Shown piece by piece: positions 26,943-37,758 of a stretch of 64,000 nt of DNA; position 1 is the stretch's first letter, and each line of letters opens with the position of its first letter. Source of the DNA: an uncultured Flavobacteriaceae bacterium (GTDB lineage Bacteria; Bacteroidota; Bacteroidia; Flavobacteriales; Flavobacteriaceae); assembly GCA_964434705.1 (NCBI GenBank), contig CAYSVY010000012.1, positions 13,252-77,251 of the forward strand, read 5' to 3'. A model generated the notes under the pieces. The model ran no database searches, was not told the DNA's origin, and saw only the letters and a program-made list of their open reading frames with translations. Both the position numbers and the translations under genes were made by a program.

Positions 26943-28586
26943 ATGAAAAAAATTTTTCTTATAGTTAATTTCTTATTAACAACAATTGTCTTTAGCGAAA
27001 ATACTGTTGGTACTATTGTAGCTGAAGACGGCATTTATGAAGGATTTACATTATTTTCAATACATAAAAGTGTATTTCTAATAGATAACTGTGGACAAAT
27101 AATTAACCAATGGCAAAGCGATTATCTTCCTGGAAATTCTGTGTATTTGTTGGAAGATGGCAGTATTTTAAGAGCTGGTAGATTAGAAGACGGAAGTAGT
27201 ACTATAAGTTTTGGTGGGCGCGGTGGTATTGTAGAAATATTCAACTGGGATGGCGATTTAACATGGTCTTTTACTTACAGTAGTAGTGAATATCGTCAAC
27301 ACCATGACGTATATCCAATGCCAAATGGCAATGTACTAATTTTAGCTGCCTCTATAATCGATGGTGAGGATGCTATTCAAGCTGGTAGAGATCCATCAAC
27401 AATTGTAAATGACCAACTATATAATGAACGTATTATAGAGGTTAAAAAAGCAGATCTCACTAGTGGTGATATTGTTTGGGAGTGGAACTTAATTGACCAT
27501 GTTGTTCAGGATTTTGATCCAACAAAGGATAATTATGGCGTTATCTCTGAAAATCCAAGAAAGTTAGATATAAATTTCTTAAATGATTCAAGCCCATCGA
27601 GTAATTGGCTACATGTAAATTCTATACAATATAACGAAGAACTCGATCAAATAGTTTTAAGCTCACGAAATATGAGTGAAATTTGGATTATAGAACATAC
27701 TGAGAGTACCGAAATAGCCTCTGGTAGTAATGGTGGCAATTATGGCTATGGCGGCGATTTTTTATACCGATGGGGAAATGAACAAGCATATGACAGAGGT
27801 ACAAATAGGCAATTATATGGGCAACACACACCTTACATTATACCATCGGGATTTCCAAATGCTGGAAAAATTATGTTATACAATAATGGATTGGGTCGAA
27901 CCCCTCAATACTCAGAGGTCTTTATTATAGATCCTCCAACTACAAGTGCAGGTGAATATATATTAAATGTAAATTCAAGTTTTGGCCCAAACAATGTAGA
28001 TTTCAAATATCCAGAGACTGTTCCAACTACCGACTCTGACTTTTATTCACCTATAATTAGTAGCGCTCAACAATTACCCAACGGAAACATACTTGTTTGT
28101 GAAGGAGCTGGAGGTAGATTTTTTGAACTAAATGAAAACAACGAGATAGTTTGGGAGTACATAATTCCAGTAAACTCTACAGATGGATCATTTTCAGATC
28201 AGTTCGATAACCCACCTTCTCAAAATTTAACTTTCAGAGCTACTAAATATGGTAGAGATTATGAGGCTTTTAATAATAGAAATATTAATCCTAGCAATAC
28301 TATTGAGCAAAATCCAAATATATCAGGTTGTCTATCATTATTAAATAACAATAATTTTGAAGTTTCAGAACTAAAAATTTATCCAAATGCGACAAAAGAT
28401 TTTATTTACCTTGAAACAATAGACAATATTCTAGAATTAAGAATATATAATATCAATGGTGTGCTAGTAAATGAATTCAAAAGGGGAACAAAAAAAATAG
28501 ATTTGACTAATCTAGCCAATGGAGTTTATTTTCTCAGAGTGAATATTGGAAACAGGTTACTAAACAAAAAGATTATAAAAATTTAG
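26943..28586 (+). CDS. Aryl-sulfate sulfotransferase-like protein with T9SS CTD
   Basis: QHHD, WLHVNS, LSSRN, YGQH catalytic-type motifs; SSAQQLPNGNILVCEG; CTD IYPNAT...GVYFLRV...KKIIKI; start ATG 26943. Confidence 0.82.
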   Translation: MKKIFLIVNFLLTTIVFSENTVGTIVAEDGIYEGFTLFSIHKSVFLIDNCGQIINQWQSDYLPGNSVYLLEDGSILRAGRLEDGSSTISFGGRGGIVEIFNWDGDLTWSFTYSSSEYRQHHDVYPMPNGNVLILAASIIDGEDAIQAGRDPSTIVNDQLYNERIIEVKKADLTSGDIVWEWNLIDHVVQDFDPTKDNYGVISENPRKLDINFLNDSSPSSNWLHVNSIQYNEELDQIVLSSRNMSEIWIIEHTESTEIASGSNGGNYGYGGDFLYRWGNEQAYDRGTNRQLYGQHTPYIIPSGFPNAGKIMLYNNGLGRTPQYSEVFIIDPPTTSAGEYILNVNSSFGPNNVDFKYPETVPTTDSDFYSPIISSAQQLPNGNILVCEGAGGRFFELNENNEIVWEYIIPVNSTDGSFSDQFDNPPSQNLTFRATKYGRDYEAFNNRNINPSNTIEQNPNISGCLSLLNNNNFEVSELKIYPNATKDFIYLETIDNILELRIYNINGVLVNEFKRGTKKIDLTNLANGVYFLRVNIGNRLLNKKIIKI

Positions 28587-28602
28587 CGCTTATATGAATT
28601 GA

Positions 28603-28634
28603 AAAAAACCATGATTGTTGGATCATGGTTTTTT
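28603..28634. terminator. Bidirectional intrinsic terminator
   Basis: AAAAAACCATGAT-TGTTGG-ATCATGGTTTTTT between convergent genes. Confidence 0.85.
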
Positions 28635-28655
28635 ATTTAGTGTCATTTAATTTAA

Positions 28656-29474
28656 TTAATTGTCATTAACAAAAGCCTCCATGACGGCATCACTTACGCC
28701 CATATTACTAAAACCTCCGTCGTTGTATAAATTTTGAAGTGTTACACGTTTTGTTAAATCGCTAAACAAGGTCACTGTGTAATTGGCACAGTCTAAAGCT
28801 GTGGCGTTTCCTAATGGAGACATTTTTTCTGCGTAGGCTATAAAACCATCGAAGCCTTTTACACCTTGGCCAGCAGTTGTTGGCGTTGGCGACTGAGAAA
28901 TTGTATTGACCCTTACTTTTTTATCGCGACCAAAGAAATAGCCAAAACTACGGGCAATACTTTCTAAGTAGGCTTTGTTATCCGCCATATCATTATAATC
29001 TGGAAATACACGTTGCGCCGCCATGTAAGATAAGGCTACGATACTTCCCCATTCGTTCATGGCATCAGCTTTATACAGTGTTTGCATGACTTTATGAAAA
29101 GACATGGCCGATACGTCAGTTCCTTTTTGGGTCCAATCGTATTTTTGGTCGGTGTATGCTCTGCCTTTACGTACGTTAACGGACATACCAATGGAATGTA
29201 ATACAAAATCCAGTTTTCCACCTAAAATTTCCATAGATTTTTCTACTAAATTTTGCAGGTCTTCTTCGGAAGTTGCATCGGCAGGTATAATTTGCGCACC
29301 TGTTTTTTCGGCCAATTCGTTAATCTGCCCCATACGCATAGCTATTGGCGCATTGGTCAATACAAATTCGCCACCTTCTTCGTGAACGCGCTCAGCGGTT
29401 TTCCATGCTATAGAATTGGCGTCCAACGCGCCAAAAATTATTCCTTTTTTACCTTTTAATAAGTTATATACCAT
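28656..29474 (-). CDS. fabI: Enoyl-ACP reductase (FabI-type SDR)
   Basis: GALDANSIAW, LDFVLHSIG, YNDMADNK, RVNTISQSP. Confidence 0.9.
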   Translation of the reverse strand: MVYNLLKGKKGIIFGALDANSIAWKTAERVHEEGGEFVLTNAPIAMRMGQINELAEKTGAQIIPADATSEEDLQNLVEKSMEILGGKLDFVLHSIGMSVNVRKGRAYTDQKYDWTQKGTDVSAMSFHKVMQTLYKADAMNEWGSIVALSYMAAQRVFPDYNDMADNKAYLESIARSFGYFFGRDKKVRVNTISQSPTPTTAGQGVKGFDGFIAYAEKMSPLGNATALDCANYTVTLFSDLTKRVTLQNLYNDGGFSNMGVSDAVMEAFVNDN

Positions 29475-29537
29475 TTTTTGGATGATTTTTATTGTTCAAA
29501 TATAATTGTTCTATTTGTTTCTAGGTACATAATATAG

Positions 29538-31190
29538 TTAATTGAGTAACTGTTTTGCATGCGCAATAGCAGACTCCGTAATATCTGTTCCACCAAGCAT
29601 TTGGGCTAACTCTACAATACGTTGTTCTTGGCTCAAAAGTATCATTTTTGTTTGTGTCACATTATTGGTGTCTTCTTTAAAAACTTTGTAGTGCCAATGG
29701 CCTTTGGATGCAATTTGAGGTAAATGTGTTATGGAGAACACCTGCATCTGTTTGCTCATGGTTTTCATGATATCCGCCATTTTATTTGAAATTTCCCCAG
29801 AAACTCCTGTATCAATTTCATCAAACATAATGGTAGGCAACTTTATGTAATTGGCCAAAATAGATTTTATGGCCAGCATAATACGTGACAGCTCACCACC
29901 TGATGCAGATTTTTTTAACGCTGTAAAATTACCGCCTTTATTAGCTAAAAATAAAAACTCCAACTTATCCATACCGTTGGGCAAAAAATTGGCACTCCGT
30001 TCTAATTCTATTTTAAATTTTGCATTGGGCATGCCTAAACCAGACAGTATTTTTTGGAGATTTGCTACAAATCCTGAAATAACACTTTTACGTTTTTTAT
30101 GAATTGCATCAGCAGTTTTCACAAGCCTCTTCTCAACTGTTTCTATTTGCTTTTCAACAGCTTCGATTTCGGTGTCTAGATTTTCAGCATTGTTGATTTT
30201 TAATTCCAATTCATCCTTAATCTTCAATAAATCTGAAATTTCCAATACGGAATGCTTATGTAATAAGTTATTTAACACCTGTAATTTAGAGCTAATGTGT
30301 TCCAGTTCTTGTGGATCTAAGACGAGGTTTTCAGAAAAATTTTCTAGTTCTGCATTTATATCATCTAATTCAATGATTGTGCTTGCAATACGCTCTTCAA
30401 TGGTTTTGTAGGTTTTAGAAAAACCTGAAATGTTTTGTAACTGCTTTTTTATTTCATTGAGCCTATCCATAACACCGATACCTTCAACATTCAAAAGCCC
30501 TCTAGATTGGTTAATGGCATCTTGTATACTTTCTATATTGCTCAGTTGCTCATAGCTTTCTTCCAAATTTTGGAGCTGACCAACTTCTAATTGAGCTTCT
30601 TCTAATTCTTTTAATAAAAAGAGATTATAATCGTATTCACGTTTCGCTTCTACCCTATTTGATTCTAACTGCTCCTTTTGTTTTTGTAAAGCTTTATAAT
30701 CCTTTAAGTCTGATTTATATGAACTTATTAATGCGCTGTTATTAGCCAAAGCATCAATAACCATAAATTGATAATTGTCGTTCACCAGTTGTAAAGTTTG
30801 GTGTTGCGAATGGATGTCTAACAAATGAGAACTTAAAGTCGAAAGGTTTTCAAGGTTTACAGGCGTATCATTGACAAAAGCACGAGATTTACCAGATGGC
30901 AGTATTTCACGCCTTATAATGGTTTGTGGTTCATAGTCCAAATCCGAGGCATCGAAAACAGGCTTCAAATCATAATTTGCAATGTTGAAAACCGCCTCTA
31001 TAATGCATTTTTTTGTACTGTCCTTTATTTGACTTAAATCCGCACGTTTGCCCAAAACGAGGCTCAACCCACCAAGAAGAATGGATTTTCCTGCTCCAGT
31101 TTCGCCAGTAATAATAGAAAATCCATCATTAAAACTTACCTGAAGTTCATCAATTAAAGCGTAATTTTTTATACTTAAAGCTGAAAGCAA
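29538..31190 (-). CDS. recN: DNA repair protein RecN
   Basis: GETGAGKS Walker A, ASGGELSR, FDEIDTGVSG, ITHLPQ. Confidence 0.96.
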   Translation of the reverse strand: MLSALSIKNYALIDELQVSFNDGFSIITGETGAGKSILLGGLSLVLGKRADLSQIKDSTKKCIIEAVFNIANYDLKPVFDASDLDYEPQTIIRREILPSGKSRAFVNDTPVNLENLSTLSSHLLDIHSQHQTLQLVNDNYQFMVIDALANNSALISSYKSDLKDYKALQKQKEQLESNRVEAKREYDYNLFLLKELEEAQLEVGQLQNLEESYEQLSNIESIQDAINQSRGLLNVEGIGVMDRLNEIKKQLQNISGFSKTYKTIEERIASTIIELDDINAELENFSENLVLDPQELEHISSKLQVLNNLLHKHSVLEISDLLKIKDELELKINNAENLDTEIEAVEKQIETVEKRLVKTADAIHKKRKSVISGFVANLQKILSGLGMPNAKFKIELERSANFLPNGMDKLEFLFLANKGGNFTALKKSASGGELSRIMLAIKSILANYIKLPTIMFDEIDTGVSGEISNKMADIMKTMSKQMQVFSITHLPQIASKGHWHYKVFKEDTNNVTQTKMILLSQEQRIVELAQMLGGTDITESAIAHAKQLLN

Positions 31191-31263
31191 AGCGCTACAT
31201 TTAGTTATACAAAACTACAATTTTGCAGTATTATATGTTAAGAATACTGTGTTGAAATTTAAG

Positions 31264-32151
31264 CTAGAATTTTATTTTATTCCATTTGGAAGCTTGAGTG
31301 GGCGAAATTCTGTTTAAGGTTTCAACCAGTCTGGAAATATTGACATTTGGGCCACCACTAAACACCTGCTGTATTTCGTTTGCCTTGGCATCAAAAAATA
31401 CACGCATTAAAAATGAATTTGGTCTTCGGCTGTGCATTTTTTGAAGGCCCATGATAGATTCGCTAATCTTAGATTTCCCTTCTTTTAAATCTTTGTTCAT
31501 CACATCCAAACCTTCGCGATGGTACTTATATAGCGATTGCCTAAATTCTTTGTATAATGGCGATAACACGTTATCAATAATAGCAAAGCGTGTGTTAAGC
31601 CCATCTTCCAAACGCCAACCCGTAGCGTTGCCTTGTTGCGAATAATTTGCTATGGTTTGTGCTTGTCGGTAAAACTCATCGCCGCCATTTGGTGTAAAGG
31701 TATCGGCATCCATACCAAGAATCATATAAATATGAAAGGTAATAACCGATATCAAATTAGATTCAAACTGAACAGGATTGTACACCATATTCTGAAACTC
31801 TAGATAAATGAACTGAAAGTCTCTGTCATTAAAAGTGTAAACTGGCGTGGCATAGGAAGAATTAAAAACAGGTCTGGACGCCTGTACTTGCAAGGTCGCC
31901 GAAAAGCTGTCATTATTGTATGCTTGGACGTTAAGCACCATACTGCAATCTATACGTTCTTGCGCTTTAAACTTTTTGTCGGTCCACTGCGTATTGTTAA
32001 TAAACTCATTGAGCTGACGTTCCAACGTTTGAAACACCACGTTATTGTCGTTACCTGTAAGCTGGGATACAACGGATACCGTACAATTTAACTCCTGAGA
32101 GTAATTGAATGTTATTACAAAAAATAAAAGTATAGCTAAATATTTACGCAT
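31264..32151 (-). CDS. DUF4835 family protein (PorD-like)
   Basis: QELNCTVSV, QERIDC, RPVFNSSY, FFDAKANEI; usual position between coaBC and recN. Confidence 0.8.
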   Translation of the reverse strand: MRKYLAILLFFVITFNYSQELNCTVSVVSQLTGNDNNVVFQTLERQLNEFINNTQWTDKKFKAQERIDCSMVLNVQAYNNDSFSATLQVQASRPVFNSSYATPVYTFNDRDFQFIYLEFQNMVYNPVQFESNLISVITFHIYMILGMDADTFTPNGGDEFYRQAQTIANYSQQGNATGWRLEDGLNTRFAIIDNVLSPLYKEFRQSLYKYHREGLDVMNKDLKEGKSKISESIMGLQKMHSRRPNSFLMRVFFDAKANEIQQVFSGGPNVNISRLVETLNRISPTQASKWNKIKF

Positions 32152-33355
32152 CTATTTGCTTTATAATTAATTGCATCAAATCCTTAGCCACTTCGGCCTT
32201 GGATTTGAGTTCGTCTTCTATGGTCTGACCTGATTTGTCGATAAATGTAACCTTATTTGTGGATACTCCAAAACCAGCACCTTTATCATTCAACGAATTG
32301 AGCACTATTAAATCAAGATTTTTAGAGCTTAGCTTGCCTTTTGCATTTTCCAATTCGTTATTAGTCTCAAGTGCAAAGCCCACTAAATACTGGTCTTTTT
32401 TAATTTCCCCTAAAGATTTTAAGATATCTGTTGTTTTTTCCAACTCAATAGAAAACGTTGCATCTTTCTTTTTTATTTTTTGTTTGGCAACATTTTTTGG
32501 TCTGTAATCTGAAACCGCTGCGGAAAGTATTGCAATATCTGATGATTTGAAGTGTTTATGCACTTCATTGTACATATCATTTGCAGTGACAACAGGCTTA
32601 ACATTGATATGGCTATGATCTGTTTTTTGATGCGTTGGTCCGGTTACCAAAATCACATTTGCCCCTAAGCTTGCTGCAGCATTTGCTATTTCAAAACCCA
32701 TTTTACCACTTGAGTGGTTTCCTATAAAACGCACTGGATCAATGGGTTCATAAGTTGGACCAGCAGTAATGAGAACCTGTTTTCCCTTTAATGGCAACTG
32801 GCTCAAAATATCCGATTCTATGAAGAAAATAATATCTTCTGGCTCAGCCATTCTGCCTTCACCAACCAAGCCACTAGCTAACTCACCACTTGTAGCAGGT
32901 ATCATAGTATTCCCAAAACTTTGCAGTTTTTCAAAGGATGATTTTGTTGATGGATGTTTGTACATGTCCAAATCCATTGCTGGCGCAAAATACACTGGGC
33001 ATTTTGCAGACAAATAAGTAGCCATCAATAAATTATCGCAGACGCCATTTGCCATTTTAGACATTGTGTTTGCCGTTGCAGGAGCTATAACAAAAATATC
33101 TGCCCAAAGTCCCAACTCAACATGGTTGTTCCAAAGCGCATTATCATCATCTTCATTTGTAAACGATGACACAACAGGGTTTTTGGATAGCGTTGAAAGC
33201 GTTAACGGCGTAACAAACTCCTTTGCCGTTGGCGTCATTACAACTTTTACATTAGCACCAGCTTTAATAAACAAACGTAATAATGGTGCAGTTTTGTAAG
33301 CCGCAATTCCTGCGGTTATGCCCAATAGTACGTTTTTGTCTTTAAGAAGAGACAT
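32144..33355 (-). CDS. coaBC: Phosphopantothenoylcysteine decarboxylase/ligase CoaBC
   Basis: [43 protein letters not shown]; start reassigned to ATG 33355. Confidence 0.96.
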   Translation of the reverse strand: MSLLKDKNVLLGITAGIAAYKTAPLLRLFIKAGANVKVVMTPTAKEFVTPLTLSTLSKNPVVSSFTNEDDDNALWNNHVELGLWADIFVIAPATANTMSKMANGVCDNLLMATYLSAKCPVYFAPAMDLDMYKHPSTKSSFEKLQSFGNTMIPATSGELASGLVGEGRMAEPEDIIFFIESDILSQLPLKGKQVLITAGPTYEPIDPVRFIGNHSSGKMGFEIANAAASLGANVILVTGPTHQKTDHSHINVKPVVTANDMYNEVHKHFKSSDIAILSAAVSDYRPKNVAKQKIKKKDATFSIELEKTTDILKSLGEIKKDQYLVGFALETNNELENAKGKLSSKNLDLIVLNSLNDKGAGFGVSTNKVTFIDKSGQTIEDELKSKAEVAKDLMQLIIKQIDA

Positions 33356-33362
33356 AGAAATT

Positions 33363-33692
33363 TTACTCTTGCTCTGTCTCGTTTGTGTTTCTGTGGTAAA
33401 TTTTATCTTCAAGCCATTCTTTTACGGCAAGTGCGTGTGGCTTTGGTAATTTTTCGTAGAATTTTGAAACTTCTATTTGCTCTTTGTTTTCGAAAATTTC
33501 TTCTAAACTGTCGTTATAGGTTGCAAATTCTTCGAGCTTGTCTACCAATTCTTTTCTGATATCGGTATTGATTTGTTCTGCACGTTTTGAAATAATAGAA
33601 ATGGCTTCATAAATGTTGTTTGTTGGAGCATCTATTTCATTTCTGTTATAGGTCAGTGTTGTTACTGGTGCATCTGTTTTTTTTAAGTCCAT
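33363..33692 (-). CDS. rpoZ: RNA polymerase omega subunit (Bacteroidota type)
   Basis: NIYEAISIISKRAEQI, EQIEVSKFYEKLPKP. Confidence 0.85.
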   Translation of the reverse strand: MDLKKTDAPVTTLTYNRNEIDAPTNNIYEAISIISKRAEQINTDIRKELVDKLEEFATYNDSLEEIFENKEQIEVSKFYEKLPKPHALAVKEWLEDKIYHRNTNETEQE

Positions 33693-33713
33693 ATTGTGCT
33701 TTTTAAACTTATT

Positions 33714-34505
33714 TTAAATCTGTGTTTTTTCAGTCTCTAATTTTTCTTTTAAAATTGTGGCTTCTTCTTTGTATTTTGTTTCGGGATATGCCTTTAATAA
33801 GGTATTGTAATCGTCAAGAGCAACTTGAATACGCTCTTGCTTTTTACTTTCAATACTCAATATTGCTAAATTATATTCAGAATTAAAACGGTAATATAAG
33901 GCATCTTCTCGCAAGGTTGAACCTGGAAAGTCCAACAAAAAATTATTGAATGATTTTATTGAAGCTTTATAATCGTAAATTCTGTTGTATTGCTTTGCAA
34001 TTTCAAAAGCTTTTTTCTCAAGTTTAAAATCTAATTCCTTTATGAGTTTATTAGCTTCTGGCAAATATTCGGAATCTGGAAATGCATTGATAAATAATTG
34101 CATTTTTTCCAAAGCCTTTACTGTTTCTTCTTTGTCTTTTGAAAAAATTGGTGATTCAAAATAGTAACTCTTTGCCGATAAGAATGAGGCTTCTTCTACT
34201 TTCTCACTTTTTGAATACGAATTTGCAAACTGTTCAAATCTGTAACTAGACAGGTAATACTGCTCTAAATTGTAAAAGCACATAGCATGCATGTACATTA
34301 GCTTTTCAGCTTGTGGTTTACCTCTGTAAGCTGGTACTATTTGCTCAAACAATCTATTGGCTTTGCCCCATTTCCCTGCGTCAAACAGTTCTGTTCCCAT
34401 TTTAAATTTAAGTGCAGTATCTTCAGATTTCATAGCCTTTTGAAAATCAGAGCACGAGAACAGTGTAGCAATTGCTAATAATAAAATATAATGGGCTTTT
34501 TTCAT
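33714..34505 (-). CDS. bamD: Outer membrane protein assembly factor BamD
   Basis: Lipobox LFSC, TPRs, P.YRGKPQAE, P.SEY; context rpoZ-coaBC. Confidence 0.88.
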   Translation of the reverse strand: MKKAHYILLLAIATLFSCSDFQKAMKSEDTALKFKMGTELFDAGKWGKANRLFEQIVPAYRGKPQAEKLMYMHAMCFYNLEQYYLSSYRFEQFANSYSKSEKVEEASFLSAKSYYFESPIFSKDKEETVKALEKMQLFINAFPDSEYLPEANKLIKELDFKLEKKAFEIAKQYNRIYDYKASIKSFNNFLLDFPGSTLREDALYYRFNSEYNLAILSIESKKQERIQVALDDYNTLLKAYPETKYKEEATILKEKLETEKTQI

Positions 34506-34610
34506 AAACAAAAACAGTTTGCAAAATTACAAATTAATAACGTTTTATAAAAATGTTATTTGTGCCAAAATACTTCATAATTTGGAGCAAGTTTAATGAT
34601 TACAAAAAGT

Positions 34611-35495
34611 TTAACTATTTTGAATGATTTTGAGCTCTTGTGCTATGCCTTTTTTAAGCTGGTCAGTAGCTTGAACAAGTGGTAATCGGACATTGGCGGC
34701 ACAAATACCTATATTTTCCAACACTGCCTTTATACCTGCGGGATTGTTTTCACTAAAAATTAAACTTGTAATGTCCATTAGTTTAAAATGCGCTTCAAAT
34801 GCTTGCTTGGCATCTTTGGCAATACCTTGCCTTACCATATCTGAGAATTGCCTAGGCAACGCCTGACCTATTACAGATATTACACCAGAACCACCAGCTA
34901 ACACAATTGGTAACGCCAAATCATCATCGCCAGAAATAATATGAAAACCATTAGGCTTATCTTTTAATAATTTTAAGTATTGGGCAACATTATTACCAGC
35001 TTCTTTTACACCTATGATATTATCAAAATCCCTAGCTAAACGCAAGGTAGTTTCTGGCAACATGTTTTTTGATGTTCTACCAGGAACATTATAGACTATA
35101 ATTGGAATTGGTGAAACTTCTGAAATTGCCTTAAAGTGTTGATAAATACCTTCTTGAGTAGGTTTACTGTAATATGGCGAAACGGACAGCAATGCATCAA
35201 TTCCTGATAAATCTGTTGTTTTGATTTCATTAATTACAGCATTTGTGTTATTGCCACCAATTCCCAAAACCAAGGGCAATCTTTTATTATTGACTTTAAT
35301 GATGTGTTTGGTAATGGCCACTTTTTCTTCATTAGTAATTGTTACACTTTCGCCTGTAGTGCCACTAATAACTAAGTATTCAATACCATTTTCAATATTG
35401 TATTCTACTAAATCCGTAAGCGCATTATAGTCAACAGATAGGTCGTCTTTAAAAGGTGTTACCAAGGCTACGCCTGTTCCAACAAATTGGGTCAT
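34611..35495 (-). CDS. dapA: 4-hydroxy-tetrahydrodipicolinate synthase
   Basis: ALVTPF, GTTGES, YNVPGRT, GVKEA, SGDD, NPAGIK. Confidence 0.96.
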   Translation of the reverse strand: MTQFVGTGVALVTPFKDDLSVDYNALTDLVEYNIENGIEYLVISGTTGESVTITNEEKVAITKHIIKVNNKRLPLVLGIGGNNTNAVINEIKTTDLSGIDALLSVSPYYSKPTQEGIYQHFKAISEVSPIPIIVYNVPGRTSKNMLPETTLRLARDFDNIIGVKEAGNNVAQYLKLLKDKPNGFHIISGDDDLALPIVLAGGSGVISVIGQALPRQFSDMVRQGIAKDAKQAFEAHFKLMDITSLIFSENNPAGIKAVLENIGICAANVRLPLVQATDQLKKGIAQELKIIQNS

Positions 35496-36010
35496 TATAT
35501 TTTGTTTAATAGTGTTAAATATTTTTTTAGTTCTTTTTGAAAAAGATTAAAGTTTTCAGGCTTTACATTAATGATCAAATCGAAAAGCCTTTCATCAGCA
35601 TCTGAAATACCAACTTTAAAATTTGCCTCAGACATTGCGGCAATTTGGTACAATTCATTATTATTCCCTAAAAAGTAACAAATTAAAACATCAAACTTAT
35701 GTTCTGTGAAATGTTTTACATTTTCATTTTTAATCTTACCACGCCATCCAAGAGCCTTTTTGGTAAATACGTTATTGGGCAGTTCTTGGTCTTTAACTCT
35801 GGGATTATAAACTAAAGTGCTAATATTTTCAGCTTTAAAACCCATACTTGACAGGTAATTTTTCATGCTTGACTCATCAACCTGATTCTCAGAATGTAAT
35901 AACACGCCAATATATTTTGCTTTTTTGACCGAGAAGTTAGGTTTTCTGTTAACCAATAAACGGTTAACAAATTTTTGATTGGATTTTAATTTTAAAGCTT
36001 CTAAAAACAT
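35495..36010 (-). CDS. Conserved hypothetical protein (DUF6913-like)
   Basis: FDVLICY, ANFKVG, LKKYL; usual position upstream of dapA. Confidence 0.65.
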   Translation of the reverse strand: MFLEALKLKSNQKFVNRLLVNRKPNFSVKKAKYIGVLLHSENQVDESSMKNYLSSMGFKAENISTLVYNPRVKDQELPNNVFTKKALGWRGKIKNENVKHFTEHKFDVLICYFLGNNNELYQIAAMSEANFKVGISDADERLFDLIINVKPENFNLFQKELKKYLTLLNKI

Positions 36011-36078
36011 TTATATTTATATGCGTTTACAAATGTAGTAAAAGCACTCTTTATTGTTAACCAACTTCAACCTGTTTT

Positions 36079-36837
36079 ATGTTTTTTAGATTCATAATTC
36101 TCATAGCCTCAATAATGGTTTTTGCATCATGCGACGACTCCAAAAAACTTAGCCAGATAAAAGGCAAACGCATTGAGATAAATGACACTATACCTGTAAA
36201 TGCTGAAGTTGAAAAATTTATTGTGCCTTACAGAGAAAGGGTAAACAAGGATATGGACAAGGTTATTAGTTATAGCCCAGACACCTATTCTAAAAACGAC
36301 GGTGAGCTCAATACAGCCATTGGCAATCTTATGGCCGATGCGGTATTTGAGCAGTCCAATCCTATTTTTCAAAAACGTACGGGCAATCAAATAGACTTGG
36401 TTTTATTGAATCATGGTGGTATTCGATCTATAATTTCAAAAGGAAATATTACAACCAAAACGGCATATCAAGTTATGCCCTTTGAAAATTATGTTGTTGT
36501 GGTGGCATTAAAAGGCAGACAAGTTGTTGAAATGGTAAAGTTTTTATCAAAAAAGAAAAAAGCGCATCCCATTTTTGGGTTACAAATAACACTCAATGAT
36601 GATTATTCCTTATCAAAGTTCACTGTAAACAATTTACCTGTGAACCCTAAAAAAACATATTATGTAGCCACAAACGATTATCTGTACAAAGGTGGAGACA
36701 ACATGTCTTTTTTTAAACCAAATGACAGTCTATACCAATTAAACTACAAAATTAGAAATGTTCTGTTAGACTATTTCAGTGAAAGAGATACGATAGCTCC
36801 ATCAATTGACAACAGGTTTATAAGATTAAAAAGCTAA
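36079..36837 (+). CDS. 5'-nucleotidase C-terminal domain lipoprotein
   Basis: Lipobox FASC; IGNLMADA, NHGGIRS, MPFEN, ATNDYL..GGD. Confidence 0.88.
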   Translation: MFFRFIILIASIMVFASCDDSKKLSQIKGKRIEINDTIPVNAEVEKFIVPYRERVNKDMDKVISYSPDTYSKNDGELNTAIGNLMADAVFEQSNPIFQKRTGNQIDLVLLNHGGIRSIISKGNITTKTAYQVMPFENYVVVVALKGRQVVEMVKFLSKKKKAHPIFGLQITLNDDYSLSKFTVNNLPVNPKKTYYVATNDYLYKGGDNMSFFKPNDSLYQLNYKIRNVLLDYFSERDTIAPSIDNRFIRLKS

Positions 36838-36839
36838 TT

Positions 36840-37754
36840 ATGAAGCGTAGAGAATTTGTTAAAAAAACCGCTGTTTCAGCATCTTTAATTGGATTGGGGT
36901 TTCCAACGCTTACAGCTTTTAAGACGGCCAAAGCCACCAAAATTACAATTTTGCACACTAATGATGTGCATAGCCATATAGATCCTTTTGGGCCAGATCA
37001 TAAAATAAACCCCAACCAAGGTGGCGTAGCCAGACGTGCCAATATTATTGAAACAATTAGAAAAGAAAACCCAAATACACTTCTAATGGATGCTGGTGAT
37101 ATTTTTCAGGGTACGCCATATTTTAACTATTACGGAGGCGAACTGGAATTTAAGCTGATGAGCATGTTAAAATACGATGTGGCTACGATCGGAAATCATG
37201 ATTTTGATAATGGCATTGATGGTTTACACGCACAATTGCCACATGCCGAATTCGATTTTATTTCCGCCAACTATAACTTTTCAAATACTGTGTTAAACGG
37301 TTTGGTAAAACCCTATAAGATTTTCATAAAAGACGGCGTGAAAATCGGTGTTTTCGGCTTAGGAATTCAACTAAAAGGCTTGGTAGGAAAGGAACAATAT
37401 AAAGAAACCCTTTATTACGATCCTATTGAAATTGCCCAAGATATGGCCAAGATCTTGAAACAAGATGAAAAGTGCGATTTGGTGATATGCCTATCCCATA
37501 TTGGTTATCATTACAAAAATGCGCCACAAAAAGTATCAGACTTAATCCTTGCCCGCAAAACAAAAAATATAGATTTAATAATCGGAGGTCACACCCATAC
37601 GTTTTTGAAAAAGCCAACAATTGAAAAAAACAGTGTGGGCAAAAATGTCTTGGTCAATCAAGTTGGAGCTTATGGGCTGTATCTTGGAAGAATTGACTTT
37701 TATTTCGAATCTGGAAAAACATCCGCCAAAGAACATCCTTCAATTATTGTTTAA
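36840..37754 (+). CDS. 5'-nucleotidase N-terminal metallophosphatase domain (Tat signal)
   Basis: MKRREFVK; LHTNDVHS, DAGDIFQG, GNHDFD, LSHIG, IIGGHTH. Confidence 0.9.
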   Translation: MKRREFVKKTAVSASLIGLGFPTLTAFKTAKATKITILHTNDVHSHIDPFGPDHKINPNQGGVARRANIIETIRKENPNTLLMDAGDIFQGTPYFNYYGGELEFKLMSMLKYDVATIGNHDFDNGIDGLHAQLPHAEFDFISANYNFSNTVLNGLVKPYKIFIKDGVKIGVFGLGIQLKGLVGKEQYKETLYYDPIEIAQDMAKILKQDEKCDLVICLSHIGYHYKNAPQKVSDLILARKTKNIDLIIGGHTHTFLKKPTIEKNSVGKNVLVNQVGAYGLYLGRIDFYFESGKTSAKEHPSIIV

Positions 37755-37758
37755 AAAG

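Noticed and set aside
26783-27034. 83-aa minus-strand ORF between the T9SS genes
   Set aside because: Overlaps the ASST start on the opposite strand; low-complexity; no coding signals.
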